Shown here: in pieces, positions 1 through 13,130 of the stretch
Layout: every line of letters begins with the position of its first letter
How positions within the stretch are numbered: position 1 is the first letter of the stretch
Source of the DNA: Chiloscyllium plagiosum
Lineage: Eukaryota
Assembly (NCBI RefSeq): GCF_004010195.1
Contig: NC_057755.1
Location: forward strand, 2,059,803-2,123,802
Length of the DNA stretch: 64,000 nucleotides
Direction: 5' to 3'
Program-made: the position numbers and the translations under genes
Notes under the pieces: generated by a model
What the model was told of the DNA's origin: nothing
The model's input: only the letters and a program-made list of their open reading frames with translations
Databases searched by the model: none

Positions 1-92
1 AAGGGTATGTCGGCTAGTTTGACCTTCTAGTAGGATAAAAGGTCGGCACAACATTGAGGGCCGAAGTGTCTGTACTGTTCTGTGTTCTCTGT
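1..92 (+). mobile_element. CR1 LINE 3' end (UTR and short-repeat tail)
   Basis: ggtcggcacaacattgagggccgaag...ctgtactgttctgtgttct matches the 3' tails of the CR1 copies at 18640-18720 (-) and 54660-54720 (+). Confidence 0.65.
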
Positions 93-94
93 AA

Positions 95-925
95 CCCAAT
101 CCTGCGGCTGTGGTATTCTCTGTATAAATGCTCGTGATTACGTCGATTAGAATCCAGTCAATATCTCACTCCCGGATATCTGTTATTCTATATCTAAACT
201 ATCCTGAAACCCTCGATTAGATTCCAAAATGTATCTCACTCCCGGCATCTATTATTCTATACACAACCTACCCTGAACCCTTCCATTAGATTTTTGTCTG
301 TAGCTCACTCCCACTATCTCATTCTATAAATAAACTACTCTGAACCCTTCGATTAGGTTCCTGCCTGTATCTGGCTCTCTGTATCTGTTATTCTATGCAT
401 AAGATACCCTGAACCCTTTGATTTGATTCCAGTCAGTATCTCACTCCTGGGTATCTGCGATTCGATATATAAACTATCCTGAAGCTTTTGATTAGATTCC
501 AGCCTATAACTCACTCATGAGTGTCCGTTATTTTATAAATAAATGCTCCAATCCCATAGATAAAATTCCAATCTGTAACCTATTTTTCATTTACCTGTTA
601 CTCCACACATAACACCAGCCCCTGAAACTTTCCATTAGATTCCAGCCGATACCTTATTCTTGAGTATCTGTGGTTCCAAAGATAAACGCCCGAAACACTT
701 CAGTTACATTTCAGTCTGTATCTCACTTCCCAGTTTTGTTTACTTAGTTATGAACCACATCGTATCCTTCGACGATACTTTTATCCGAAACTCACTCCCT
801 GGTACCTATTACTCTGTATATTAATCCCCAATCCCTCAAGTAGATTTCAGACTGAAACTCCCTCCGCGGTGTCTTACAATACATAAACTCACTGCGACCA
901 TCGATGAGATTCCAGTCACTAATTC
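95..925. repeat. Degenerate ~70-bp tandem satellite, about 12 units
   Basis: Motif ccctgaaccc-t-cgattagattccagtc-gta-ctcactcc-g-gtatctgttattctat recurs at ~144, 215, 284, 351, 420, 490, 559, 633, 702, 771, 840 and 903. Confidence 0.85.
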
Positions 926-1769
926 AATATAAACTAAATGGTTGAATATTAAATTGGGAGCAGAAACACAGAAAGTAGAATTTCACTTCTGCCTCATTTT
1001 GTTGCCCCAAAAAATATTAGTTTCTTGGAGTGCAGTGGTTTAAGAAGACCTCTGATGTGAGATGGATGTGCAGAGGGATTGCACATCCATGGAGAAGAGG
1101 ATGCAGCTAGGACCAAGGAAGAAAAATCTACAAATTTTGCAACTAACTGAAAGCTTCAGAAGAATCATGGATATGAGTGCTTTTTCAATTGTTTTCCATT
1201 TCAGTAAGTCACAGCACTCCCATGCAATAATTTCCCACTGTACCTCGCATCTTTATTTTCTGCCATGACCTTTGATATGTCAATTTATTTTTAAGAAATG
1301 AAGCTTTTTCACCATCATCATTGGCACATGTTCCACCCTCAAATAAATGCAATAAAATCACAAAACAATGTTGACTCTGCCAGATTATCTTGACCTGCTC
1401 CATGTGGCCTGTTGAATAATATCTTCCCACAGTTTCACTTTGACATGTTAAGCTAACTGGTGTATGCTTTCTGCCTCCTGATTGCCTTTTAAATACAGGA
1501 CTTCCAATTGCGATCTTCGAATAGACTGGGACTGAATCATGAATCATCAGGAAGAGCATTAGTTTGAAGAAATCATAGTAAGACTCTTTCACTCGCAGGG
1601 TAGCGGTTTCCCCATTCTCCATCAGAATGGATTTTTTTTTGAGGAGATTAATGATTCTAACAGGTGTATTACCAAAGCAATGGAGGTGAATCTGCATTGT
1701 TGCAAACATGTTAGTTTTGAAATTTGCTGAATTCCCTTGCAGATATGCTCATGCCCGTTCCCGTACAAA

Positions 1770-2032
1770 AACCACACACCCACAAACACGCACACAGATG
1801 CACATACACAGAGACGCACACAGACAGACAGATGCACACGCACACACCCACACACTGACAGGCATACACACATAGTCGCGCACACACAAACAGATGTGCG
1901 TGCACACACACAGACAGACATGCACACATGCTCATGCGTTCGCACAGAAAAACACAAGTGTGTGCACACACAGACACCCGCACATGTGCATAGACACGCA
2001 AACACACATACACATACACCCACATGCACACG

Positions 2033-2086
<54 letters not shown>

Positions 2087-2090
2087 CTGC
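1770..2090. repeat. (CA)n-rich microsatellite / low-complexity tract
   Basis: Pure (CA)n at ~2035-2080 within a degenerate CA/GA tract; explains the overlapping HT/VC-rich ORFs. Confidence 0.95.
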
Positions 2091-2384
2091 TTACATACCA
2101 ATTTTTTTATACATTTGCCCGAACCTTTTTTAGCAATCAAATTCTTGGCTGTCTGTTAAATGTTATATCCAGACGTATTTCATCAATTAATTAAGGGGAC
2201 CTGGTGTCGATGGCTGGACAAGAGTTTATTGCCCTTGATAATGTCGTGGGAATTGCTTTCCTCTGCCCCTGCACTCCTGACAGTGTAGGAACAGTCAGTG
2301 GTGTGCTGGGGAAGTAAAGACGGATTGTCCAGGATTTTGACAGAGGGACACCGAAGGATTCACCCTAGTTCCAGAGAGCTGTTA

Positions 2385-2700
2385 TAGTGTCATAGAGATG
2401 TACAGCACAGAAACAGACCCTTCAGTCCAACTAATACATTCCGGCCAGATATCCCAACCCAATCTAGTCCCATCTGCCAGCACCTGGCCCATATCCCTCT
2501 CAACCCTTCCTATTCATACACCCATCCAGATGCCTTTTATATGATGCATTTGTACTAGCCTCCGCCACTTCCTCTCGCAGCACATTTCACACACATCTCT
2601 CCCTGTGAGTGAAAAAGGTGCGCCTTAAGTCTCTTTTATATCTTTTCCCTCTCACACTAAACCTACACCCTTTAGTTCTGGACTCCCCTATCCCATGGAA
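2385..2700 (-). mobile_element. CR1 LINE 3' fragment
   Basis: Minus-strand translation GESRTKGCRFSVRGKRYKRDLRRTFFT matches the CR1 ORF2 C-terminus (RTRGH..K..G.R.....R..FFTQRVV); 3' UTR follows. Confidence 0.8.
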
Positions 2701-2764
2701 AATTCTTTTCATTGCGATGGCGGAATCCAGAACTAGAGGGCATAGGTTAAGCTGTTCTGTCACA

Positions 2765-2806
<42 letters not shown>

Positions 2807-2807
2807 A

Positions 2808-3060
2808 CTGGCGGTGAGTTTAAACTGAGGATCACGTCGCCTGTCTGCATCTCACACCAGCCGTCCAGCCAATTGTGCTAACTGACCTCCTGCAGCAGTG
2901 TTGGCTGGACGGCTGGTTTGTGATATAGAGTGATACCAACAGCGCAGGTTCAATTCCCACACAGGCTGAGATCACCAGGAAGGTGCCACTTTCTCAATTA
3001 CACCGTTCCCGTGGAGTACAGTGATCCTCAGGTTAAAATAATGACCAGTCATGTCTCATT
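2808..3060. mobile_element. tRNA-derived SINE fragments, head-to-head
   Basis: Inverted pair caccagccgtccagccaa / ttggctggacggctgg; B-box-like ggttcaattccc at ~2947; related minus-strand copy at ~18335-18470. Confidence 0.5.
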
Positions 3061-3364
3061 GATGAGAAAGTAGCTCTACGGTCCTCTGGGACTATGTGGA
3101 TTTTACTGAATGAATACATATCCAAGTCAGGATGGTGAGTGGATTGGAAGGGAACATACAGGTCGTGGTGTGCCCATGCATCTACTGCCCTTGTCTTTAG
3201 GAAAGCAGTGGTCTTGAATTTGGAAGATGCTTTCTAAGGTGCACTGCTGAACATCTGCAGCCTATGTTGTCAACGAGACACAATGCTGCGACTGAACACC
3301 AGTGTTGGATTCACTGCATGTTCGTAAATATGGTGCAAATCAAACTGATTACTTAGTCTTAAAA

Positions 3365-3560
3365 CAAAGTCCTGGAAAACTCAGTAGGCATGATACAACT
3401 ATGAAGAGTAAAAGAGAATGAATATTTCTGGTGGAATTAATGACTCCTCTCCAGAACTGTTCTGTAGAACAGTTACATTGAACTCAAAAGTCTAACTCTT
3501 TATTTCTGTCCATAGATGCTGCCAGGTTTGCTGAAATTCTCCAGCACTTCATGTTTCCAT
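3365..3560. mobile_element. Palindromic Penelope-derived non-autonomous element (older subfamily)
   Basis: ctggaaaactcagtaggca... and ...gatgctgccaggtttgctgaaattctccagc form an imperfect inverted pair; related copies at ~49795 and ~61820. Confidence 0.5.
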
Positions 3561-3708
3561 GTTACATTTCCAGTGTACGCAACATAGTGTTTTTATATGA
3601 TTGCTTGCTCATGCTTGTATCCCATTTGGTGAGGATTGTTGGGTATACACGTGTCCAGACAAGTGGGGAGTAGTCCATCACTTTCCCAATGAGAGCCATG
3701 CATATGGG

Positions 3709-3960
3709 AGCTGGAAAAGCACAGCAGTTCAGTCAGCATCTGAGGAGCAGGAAAATCGACGTTTCACAAGTCTTGGGGACGGCTGAGCTGGAAGTTTGGA
3801 ACTGGGGTGAGGTGGGGAAGGGGAAATAAGGAAACTGGTGAAGTCCACATTGATGCCCTAGGGTTGAAGTGTTCCGAGGCAGAAGATGAGGCGTTCTTTC
3901 TCCAGGCGTCAGGTGGTGAGGGAGCGGCGGTGAAGGAGGCCCAGGACCTCCATGACCTCC
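3709..3960 (-). mobile_element. Penelope-like element 3' fragment (GIY-YIG C-terminus plus terminal repeat)
   Basis: Minus strand reads EVLGLLHRRSLTT*RLEKERLIFCLGTLQP*GINVDFTSF, typical of the PLE GIY-YIG tail; adjacent to the gctggaaaagcacagcag repeat. Confidence 0.7.
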
Positions 3961-4453
3961 ATTTCCCAAATGTGCTGTAAAACTGAATTAACAAGAACAG
4001 CCCTGGGATAACAGTGTGCAGTAGATCAGCTCTCAAGAATCTGTACAATATGAGGGATTGAATGACTGAATAACCGCAACAATATGAAGATCAATCACTT
4101 AAAATAATATCAAAAGATATTTGATTGAGACTGGTAGTGAGTGAAATAGTATTGCTATTTGACGACAAGTTGAAAGTCACATTTGTCACCTTATAGGATC
4201 CGATTAATCCAGTCTTTGGGGGAACCAAGTACAGATTTAAATTTCAATGATATCATATCATTAAAATAAGCCTGTTGTCACAATTTGTTTGCTTTTTTTA
4301 AAAAAAAAATGAAGATGTAATCACAGATTCCCAGTGGAAATATTACACAATAGAAAGTATCTGGAACTGTGTCAGCTCCAACTTCGAGAGAATTCTCCAA
4401 TTCCAAGAGATTGACAGCAGCAGGGAGGGAGAGGTTGTTTCACAAACAACACA

Positions 4454-4520
4454 ATGAATCTGACAAGGGAAATGATCGCTAAAGTGTATTACACCATCTT
4501 TGCTATTGTTGGTGTTCCTG
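4454..4520 (+). CDS. GPR139-like orphan class A GPCR, gene A, coding exon 1 (MNLTREMIAKVYYTIFAIVGVP)
   Basis: ATG at 4454; 67 nt ending in CCTG|gtaagt donor (phase 1); same length and homologous to gene B exon 1; encodes the N-terminus and first half of TM1. Confidence 0.85.
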
Positions 4521-7500
4521 GTAAGTCTTCTTACAATTTAGTTTGTATAAATCTCTGCATTACATCAGACTCATTTCAGCTTAATGACTAATAATTATTT
4601 TATTTCCACTCAGTAAGACAAATCCCGATGCCTGATAATAGTGTTCTCACTGTGTTTAAAACAAACAGTTTGTCAATTATGAGGCTCCTCAGTAGTGTCC
4701 AGTATTGTCTGTTTCTCTATACTGCGCAGAATGTCCTGAGGTCACATTGATTGGGTTTGGCTGAGCACGGGCCCAGGCTGGTCGAGAAAGTGTTTAGCAA
4801 AACCACTTTCTCTCTCTGTGGGAGTTCAAAGCCTGCTATTGGTCAGAGGGGTTTTGTAACAACTCACCTCTTAGTGATACCTGGTGTTTTCCATTCCTTG
4901 ATGTGAAGGGATTATGTTGGTGGGTTTTGCACAGGGAGCTCGCTCCAAGTGGGAGCCCAGATTCAGCAGGTGGGCAATGGGTGCATTGCGCAGGTCATTA
5001 TGGAATGATAAGCAAAGGGCAGATGACCTTAATGATCTTGTGTGCTTTCCTTCGTCAGTGGATGCGTGGAGGAATGATTTTGAGGGCAGATAATTATGTT
5101 AATATGAGTTCCAAATGTGTGATAGAAATGTAGATAGTTAACATTTCTAAACTAACTCTGTGGTGTAATTTCTCAACTGAGAAAATAAAATATCTATCTG
5201 TAGTTCATACACACTTGACATTATCCAGAGATAGATTAGATAGTAGTGGACTGTTTATCAAGATTTCCAGGAATCACTCTGAATGAAGATATTCCTGATC
5301 ATGGAGTTGTACTGAGTGGGGAATAACCTCTTATTACTGTTTTCTCATGTTTCTCAGAGCATGTGTCATTGTAGAATTGTACTGAGCATGGATAACCGCT
5401 CAGATGTGAACTTCTGACCAAGTATTGTTGCTTTTCTCGGGTATCTGTAAACACAGCATTGCTGTCAGTGTGTGGCACGAAGGGAGGAATATCCATGACC
5501 TTAATTGTAAATATTATTGGGAATATATTTCAGTGGAGAGAGCTGTATAGAATGTGGGTCAATAACATGAAGGCAACATCCTATTCCCGTGGCAATGTGA
5601 TGCAGTGAGCAGCTTTCTGTAAAATTCTAACTGGGTCTGGGATCTTAGCCAAAGGAGGACAACAAGCCCAGTCTCCAAGTGTTACTGGGAATAGCTGTCA
5701 AAATACAATTACACTGAGTATGAGTTACCAACAAGTCGGAAACAATTCACCACAATGCTCTTGCAAAAGAAGGAGTATCTCTGAGGTTAGAATATAACTC
5801 ACGGGGAACTGAATGAAAGGGAATACTTGAATGTAATTATAATTAGGAACATAATTTGTCTGAAACCATGCGATGCTTCTTTTATGCTACATTCCTCATT
5901 TCACATTTCTGATCTGTTCACTGATTGAGCTATCAACGTAGTTTGGAAATATGAGGGCGTACAAGTGGGAAAATCTTTGGTTGGTACATTTGATACTTAG
6001 TTTGCAGTGTTCTATTGGAGATGAATAGTTGTGACCTCTTGCAAAAAATGAAAATAAGCAAACCACAGTGTGAATTCAATTAGTTGCTTCAAGGACATAC
6101 AACGTTTCCTTAAATAATATTTTTGGGAGCGATTAATCTTCCAGCAATGTTAGGATAGACTCTGGGACATGACTATTCTCAATCATTATCCATATGTTAA
6201 TGAGGATGGATATCACCTCGGCTGGTTACCACTATTTCACCTCTGTGTCTGATTAGATCTATTGTTTATTAGATCTACAATAAACTGTAGATCTATCCAC
6301 AGTTAATGTTACAGTGATCGCTGCTTCACGACGCATGTTCTCCTTGGGAGTATGAGGATTTGATGAGGGCCATGCAAAAATCAGTCATAAGGCAATACAG
6401 AAAAATAAAGAAAATGAGCATGAATACGTTGTTTCATCAAATAACTGACTAGTACCTGCAATATTATGACTGTGGTGAATAATTGTGTTGGACAGCATTA
6501 CAGAGAATTAACAGTACAGCATACAGAACATGTTACATTAAATACAGAAACTGTGAATGAGACATTGTCCTGATTCGGTTATACCCACCATCCATACACA
6601 CTATGTCAATAACAGAGCTCACAAAGTCATTTCCAGAACTGTGAGAGATTTTCTGTTCTTTTTGTGTGATAATGACAAACAGGCTGACTCTGAAGGGTAT
6701 CCAACCTCAATCACACATTGTACAGTTTTGTTCCATCGCCTCTGACATTCCAGCACAACCACATGTTCACTCTAAATTGTGACGAAATCAGGATTGTCTT
6801 GCATTTACAGAAACATTGATTACCTGTTCTTCAATTATATTTGCCTACTTTTATAGTTATATTTTAATGACTGAAAAGTAATATTCAGCTCTTAAGCATA
6901 TTAATTATGAACCCATATTCACAAGAGCAAGCCCTCAACGACCTGAACTCAATAAGATTACAGCTTGTTTCGGTTTCAATTCTGAATGCAGGACAGGATG
7001 GTATGGCTGATGAAGGTCAATAACCTCAGCCATGGGACATCTCTGCAGGAATTCTTCAGGATTGTATCCTCGACCACAGATTAAAAAAATGCCTCATCTC
7101 ATCCATTCCCTCCATAATCATTTCTGAGGTAAAGAGGTTTGCACATGGTCATGCAATATGCAGCACCATTTACAACTCCTTAGATAATGAAGACATCTGT
7201 ATCCATATACAGTGACATAACACCGAATTTTGGCTGACAATTGGAAAGTAACATTACCGTCCCACAAGTACCAGCTAACAACTGTCTCGAAAAATGAGAA
7301 TGTACCAATCTGCCATTAGCTTACTATGTCGTTACCGTCACTGAATGCATGACCTGGGCCAACCATGGACAAGAAAATGAACTTGTCTGGCCATAAAATT
7401 GTTATATATCAGACACCATGAATCCTGTAGCAATACGCTGCCCGCCTCCCTCTCCAATCCATCTCCTACGTCCAGAAAGCCGAGCTCTGGGATGGGATGG

Positions 7501-8711
7501 AATGCTATCTCATGGATCTGGCTGAGTGCAACATTCACAGAACTCCTCATTGGTTGTTTGTAATGCATAATCACCACATTTAGTCCTCACACTCTTCACC
7601 ATCCATGACCAAAAATGGGTACCACCTACAAGATGCAAACTAGGAACTCCCCAATTCTCTTTCAACAGCACCTCATAAACACATGACCCATGGCCAAGGG
7701 CTGCAGGTGATCAGAAACACTGTCACATACAAGTTCACTCTCAAAACAGATTTCATTCCGACTTGGAAATGCAGTATATGGTTGTATCATCACCGTTGCC
7801 GGGTAATATTTCTGGAACTCCCTTCTGAAAACTCTGTGGAATTTCCTGCATCCCTGGCATTACAGATATTCAAAAAGCCAGATATCCAACAGCATCAAAA
7901 TGGCGATTAGAGCTGGGCAATCAACACTGGCCTGGCCAAAGCTTACGTTGCATGAGCACATTTAAAAATGATCACGATTACTATCTCTTCAAGAAAACAT
8001 CTGTGAATCCAAAGGGGGTTTGTGTCGATGGGAATTTCCTGTACAATAAAGAACAGGAGAATCATTCAAAGTGAAAGATTGGATGCTTTGTGCTGAGGTA
8101 TTGCTAAATTCAGAGCGTCTATTATCCCAGAGGACAGTTCGTGTTATGTCTCAATTGGTTGATTCCAATGGGTTACTGAACTCTTGTGAGTATCAAAGCC
8201 AAGAGACAAATCCTTTTCCCTCAGTTGTCTGTGCTGGAACATGGCTTATGTGTTACTGTGATGAATCGAGTGAACGATCTCTTATCTTCAAAAGTGGATC
8301 GATTTTGGGAGTTGTCACAATAAACTTAGATTCGGAATATTCATTTCAATGGGACGCTGTAAAAAGGGGAGGAGTTGTCTATACTGGAGAGTTAGGTATG
8401 TGTGGGGAACTCCATTTCCTGTTATATATTCAATGCATGTTGGTGTCACTGCCTCAACCAGTAATGACCGCCCATCCCTAATTGCCCAGAGAGCACGTAA
8501 GAGTCACCAGTTTGTCATGTGTTTGGAGTCATCTATAGGCCAGTCCATGTTAGGATGAAAGATTATCTTCTCTAAGGGACGTTTCTAATGGAGATGTATT
8601 TTGTTTTCATAACAATTGACAACAGTTTAATGGTCACCATTAAACTATTACGTCCAGATTTTGATTGAACTCAAATTTCATTGTCTGCCAAGCAGACATT
8701 GAGGCGAGAGA

Positions 8712-8865
8712 GTGATGCTGGAAAAGCACAGCAGGTCAGGCAGTATCCGAGGAGCAGGAGAATCGACGTTTCAGGCATCAACCCTTCATCAGTAATGCTG
8801 TACTTTTCTCCCACCACACTCTCGACTCTGATCTTCTGCATTTGCAGTCCTCACTTTCTTCTCTC
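8712..8865. mobile_element. Penelope-derived short element with hammerhead core on the - strand (intron of gene A)
   Basis: Minus strand of 8761-8792 reads CTGATGA-AGGGT-TGAT-GCCT-GAAA-CGTC; flanked by the family consensus gctggaaaagcacagcaggtcaggcagcatccgaggagcagg. Confidence 0.7.
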
Positions 8866-10009
8866 ATCTCCCTAAATGCTTGACATTGGACTGAATCCAC
8901 AAAAAAACAGTCTCTGATACCAAGCAATCATGCAATGTATGGGTCGCCAGAACAAGCTGGGATACAATTCCGGTGACCTCCATAGAGGTTGCTGCTTACA
9001 TTACGGGGATTGCTAGCCCCAACTTCTGCTCTGAATCTGGGAGGGGGATCTCTGTTCACAAGGCGAACTGCAGGAGCCTGGACATCAGACAGGAAGCTTT
9101 GCGTCATCTCATGATTTCCAAACCAGAAATTTGCAATGACCAAAGTTGCATCAATTCAGATTTTGCTTGAGTGGGGGCGGTGGTATACAATCATTAACAT
9201 TGTGGGAGGAGTCTATATCAACTATTAACTATTCTTCTGATTGCAGTGGGTACCCAACTTGGGACATGGTGGTTGGATTCCATGCTGAAAACTTCCATGT
9301 TTCAGCTTGTCGTTACTTTCAATACTGTACAAGTGGGATTGTGGGGGTGGGGTGGAAATGTGAAGGGTGGTAGTTCGATGACCAGTCATTTCTTCATTCA
9401 CGTTGTAGAGAGCATCCATTCCTGAACACTGGAAGGATTCACTGCCCTGTACCATAGTTATACAGTGTGAATGTGCAATCCTGGAAGCAATCTGAGCTTT
9501 GGAGACTCCACAACGAAGTGCAGGAAGTTTGTAATCAATGTCCGTCCTCTGTATCTGCCATTGCTCCTGGGTGATTTTGTTTGGATGTTGTGGTCTTATG
9601 AGCATCTCCAGCCAGTCGGAGTCACCTGCAAATCAGAAGAAATTAATTGTTTAGATCAGAGTGGTGCTGGAAAAGCACAGCAGATCAGGCAGCATCTGAG
9701 GTGCAGGAAAATCGATGATTTGGGCAAAAGCCCTTTATCAGGAATAGAGGCAGGGAGCCTCTGGGAGTCTTTTGTCTAGAAGAAATTAATTACTGACCAT
9801 TTCAAAAATATTGAGAATGTATCATGTTCCTGGGAGTTATTTGATCCTCATGCAATTCCCTACAAATTTAAAAGTGAAAATAATCCATTTGACAGTGAGA
9901 ACTGTAATGGTTCAGGTGGTCTGACATATAAACATCTTTGTGTTAAAACCATCTGGCACGGAGAATATTCGATCAGTTAACTTCAAATCTTTTTTTCTTT
10001 CTCTTGCAG

Positions 10010-10890
10010 TTAGTCTAGCGGCGATTGTATTCTTGTGTGGTGACAAGTGTGGACTTTCGACATGCACCACTCGCTATCTGGTCGCGATGGCTGTATCTGA
10101 TCTACTGTTCATTATTTTTGAGGTCATACTTATTCAGTTTAAATACTATTATTATCCACGGTGTTTCCTGGACATCACTCCTGTTTGTAGTGTAAACTGG
10201 GTCCTGACTGACTTCACAGTTGATTGTTCTGTCTGGTTCACTGTCGCTTTTTCTTTTGATCGATTTGTCGCCATTTGTTTTCATCAGATGAAATCTCAGT
10301 ATTGCACAGAGAAAACTGCGAAGAGAGTTCTGGAAACTATCTGTATTGTTTTTTCTGTAAAGAGCATTCCCAACTATTTTCGAATTGAACCTGGAAGGAT
10401 CATCGACAATGTTCCGTGGTATTGTTACACCAGTTACAATTACTTTAATGATCATTTGTGGGTGACTTATAGATATCTTGAATCATTTATAACACCACTT
10501 CTTCCATTCATTTTGATTCTCTTTCTCAATGTTCTGACAGTCAGACACATCTTTGAGGCCAATAAGGCGCGTAAGGGACTGAGGGGTCAGACAAAAACAG
10601 GGAATGACCCAGAGATAGTGAGCAGAAATAAATCTGTGACTTTACTGTTTGCTATATCTGCCAGCTTCATACTGGTCTGGTTGGTGTATATTATATATTT
10701 ATATGGTATTGGATATTACGTGGATGATTTTTATCTCTTTGAAGAAGCTGCATATATGCTGCGGAACCTCAGTTGCTGCACCAATGCAGTGATTTATGTG
10801 GTGACACAGAAAAGTTTCAGAGACCAGTTAAAGAATGCAGTGAAATATCCAGTTATAAAAATAATTCAATTGGTGAATAAATCCAAGTAA
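10010..10890 (+). CDS. GPR139-like orphan class A GPCR, gene A, coding exon 2 (spliced product 315 aa)
   Basis: Polypyrimidine tract + ttgcag acceptor ending 10009, in phase with exon 1; intact 7TM frame with YLVAMAVSDL (TM2), FDRFVAIC (DRY-like), TPLLPF (TM5), CCTNAVIY (TM7), KSFR helix 8; stop at 10888-10890. Confidence 0.92.
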
Positions 10891-11644
10891 CTGAGTGACA
10901 ACATTCGCTGCAGCAGCTAATGGAATGAGGAGTCTACATGAAAAATGGCCCGAAAGGAGAAGGAGGAGCAGCAGCATGAAAACACTCCTTTTCTCAGGGG
11001 CAATGACTTACTCCATCTGAGGAACATCATGAGATACCCTACAGGAGTGAAGCCAGAGTAAAGGAGAAACCGTTACAAAGGAGCAACAGTCAGGAGAAAG
11101 CTGAACAACAAAAGCATAACCAAAAGTGGAATTATGTGTGCCTTCCAAAAAAGTCATCCCTAGTATTCAGTTCACAGCAAGTGACAAGGATACAATAAAC
11201 AGACCTGGAGGAAAGAATCAGCCTTCATTGCAGGGTGAACAGCAATGACAGGCTCCTGTCCACTCTTCCTCGTGGAATACTCTGGTCTGTATAAAAGTAA
11301 AAAAAAGAGAAGTTTGACCTCCATCTGGAGTTTCATTCAGCTGCCCCCGGTTTAATGCTAATATCACTCCCTTTCTTTATTTGTTTTTATTTCCACCAAT
11401 CAGCTGCTGTGTTGATGGAGAACCCAAGGCCCAATCAGAGGTCTCGGGGGTAGTTGGGAACTGAAGCTCGGGAATGGTATGTGGGGGATGAGCCGATATC
11501 CTCCGTGCTTCTATGAAAAGGTTGTGTGGCTCTCACTGACTCCACCGAACTCAAGGGGAATTGACTCTGAATGAAGCCTGTTCGTTTGTGGCTTCATAAT
11601 GGAGCTTGAGATTAGTTCAATCCACATCACCTCCAAGATGGCTG

Positions 11645-11995
11645 TTTCCATCTGTCAACCAGCTCCTAAACACACCCATTGCCTCACAGTTCATCATCGC
11701 GGAAACAGTCATTCATTCCATTGTGTCCATGTGTAACACAGCTCCTAAACCCATCTCCCTGCCTCACAGCTCATCATCGGGGAAACAGTCATTCATTCCA
11801 ATGTTTACATCTGTAAACCAGATCCTAAACCAAGCCCACTGTCTCACAGCTTATCATCGGGTAAGCAGTCATTCAGTCCGTTGCCTCCATCTGTAACACA
11901 GCTCCTAAACCCATCCCCTGCCTCACAGCTCATCAGCAGGGAAACTGTCATTCATTCCATTGTTTCCATATGTAACACAGATCCTAAACCAATTC
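11645..11995. repeat. ~79-bp tandem minisatellite, about 4.5 units
   Basis: cctaaac...gcctcacagctcatcatcggggaaacagtcattcattcca recurs with cctaaac at ~11665, 11745, 11824, 11904 and 11982. Confidence 0.9.
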
Positions 11996-11999
11996 CCGT

Positions 12000-13130
12000 G
12001 CCAATTTTGGTCTCCTTCCTATCGGAAAGACGTTGTGAAACTTGAAAGGGTTCAGAAAAGATTTACAAGGATGTCACCAGGGTTGGAGGGTTTGAGTTGA
12101 AAAATGTGGTGCTGGAAAAAACACAGCAAGCCATGTAGCATCCGAGGAGCAGGAGAATCGACTTTTCGGTCAGAAGCCCTTCTTGAAGCCCGAAACGTCG
12201 ATTTTCCTGCTCCTCGGATGCTCTCTAGCCTGCTGTGTTTTTCCAGCACCACATTGTTCAACTCTGATACTCCAGCATCTGCAGTCCTCACTTTCTCCTG
12301 GTTGATCTTAACCTCCTGCGAATCCTCTTGCAAGAATGCCTACCTTGAAGAAGCTCTCCTCCTCCCTCTACAAGGACCTCAGTGAGTCCCTCTCTCAATG
12401 CACACCCCCTCCAGGTCACCTCCTTTGTCCCGAATTTCTTCAGCCATGTCCTGAAACAGACTCGCTACCACAGCCACAACTCCTTCCTCAGCACCTGCCT
12501 ATGGAACCGACTGACCCTGAATGGACTCTTTTCAAAAGATTCCTGAAGAAGGACTTATGCCCGAAACGTCAATTCACTTGCTCCTCGGATGCTGCCTGGC
12601 CTGCTGTGTTTTTCCAGCACCACATTTTTCAATTCTGGTACTCCAACATCTGCATTCTCCCTTTCTCCTTGGAGGATTGAGCTATAGGGAGAGGCTGAAC
12701 AGGCTGGAGCTGTTTTCCCTGAAGCGCCGGAGGCTGAGTGATGACCTTACAGAGGTTTACAAAACCATGAGGGGCATAGTTAGGATAAATAGATAGAGTC
12801 TTTTCCCTGGGGTGGAATAGTCCGGAACTAGAGGACAGAGGTTTAGGGTGAGAGGGGAAAGGTATCAAAGAGACCAAGGGGCAACTTTTTCAAACAGAGG
12901 GTGGTATGTGTATGGAATGAGCTGCCAGAGGAAATGGTGGAGGCGAGTACAATCACAACATTTAAGAGGAATTTGGATCGGTGTATAAATGGGAAGTGTT
13001 TGGAGGGATATGGACTGGGTGCTGGCAGTTGGGACGAATTCGGTTGGGACATCTGGTCGGCATGGACGTGTTGGACCGAAGAGTCTGTTGCCATGCTGTA
13101 CACCTCGATGACTCTATGAATCTATGATCA
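12000..13130 (+). mobile_element. CR1 LINE 3' fragment interrupted by a Penelope-derived element (~12100-12670)
   Basis: QFWSP.YRKDV..LERVQKRFTRM at 12000-12095 resumes as GLSYRERLNRLELFSL..RRL..DL.EVYK at ~12670; ttggagg.tt.gag is duplicated on both sides of the insert. Confidence 0.85.

Noticed and set aside
1209..1709. 166-aa minus-strand ORF
   Set aside because: No recognisable domain or splice context, non-ATG-dependent call in AT-rich DNA; probably chance or a decayed transposon
1622..2159. Several 80-170-aa ORFs rich in VC or HT
   Set aside because: Translations of a (CA)n microsatellite; the same applies at 23.5-24.5, 28.1-28.4, 34.3-34.5 and 60.8-61.4 kb
9940..10009. N-terminal extension MLKPSGTENIRSVNFKSFFLSLA of the 316-aa ORF
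   Set aside because: It starts at a non-ATG codon and is intron polypyrimidine tract read-through; the true start is the exon at 4454-4520
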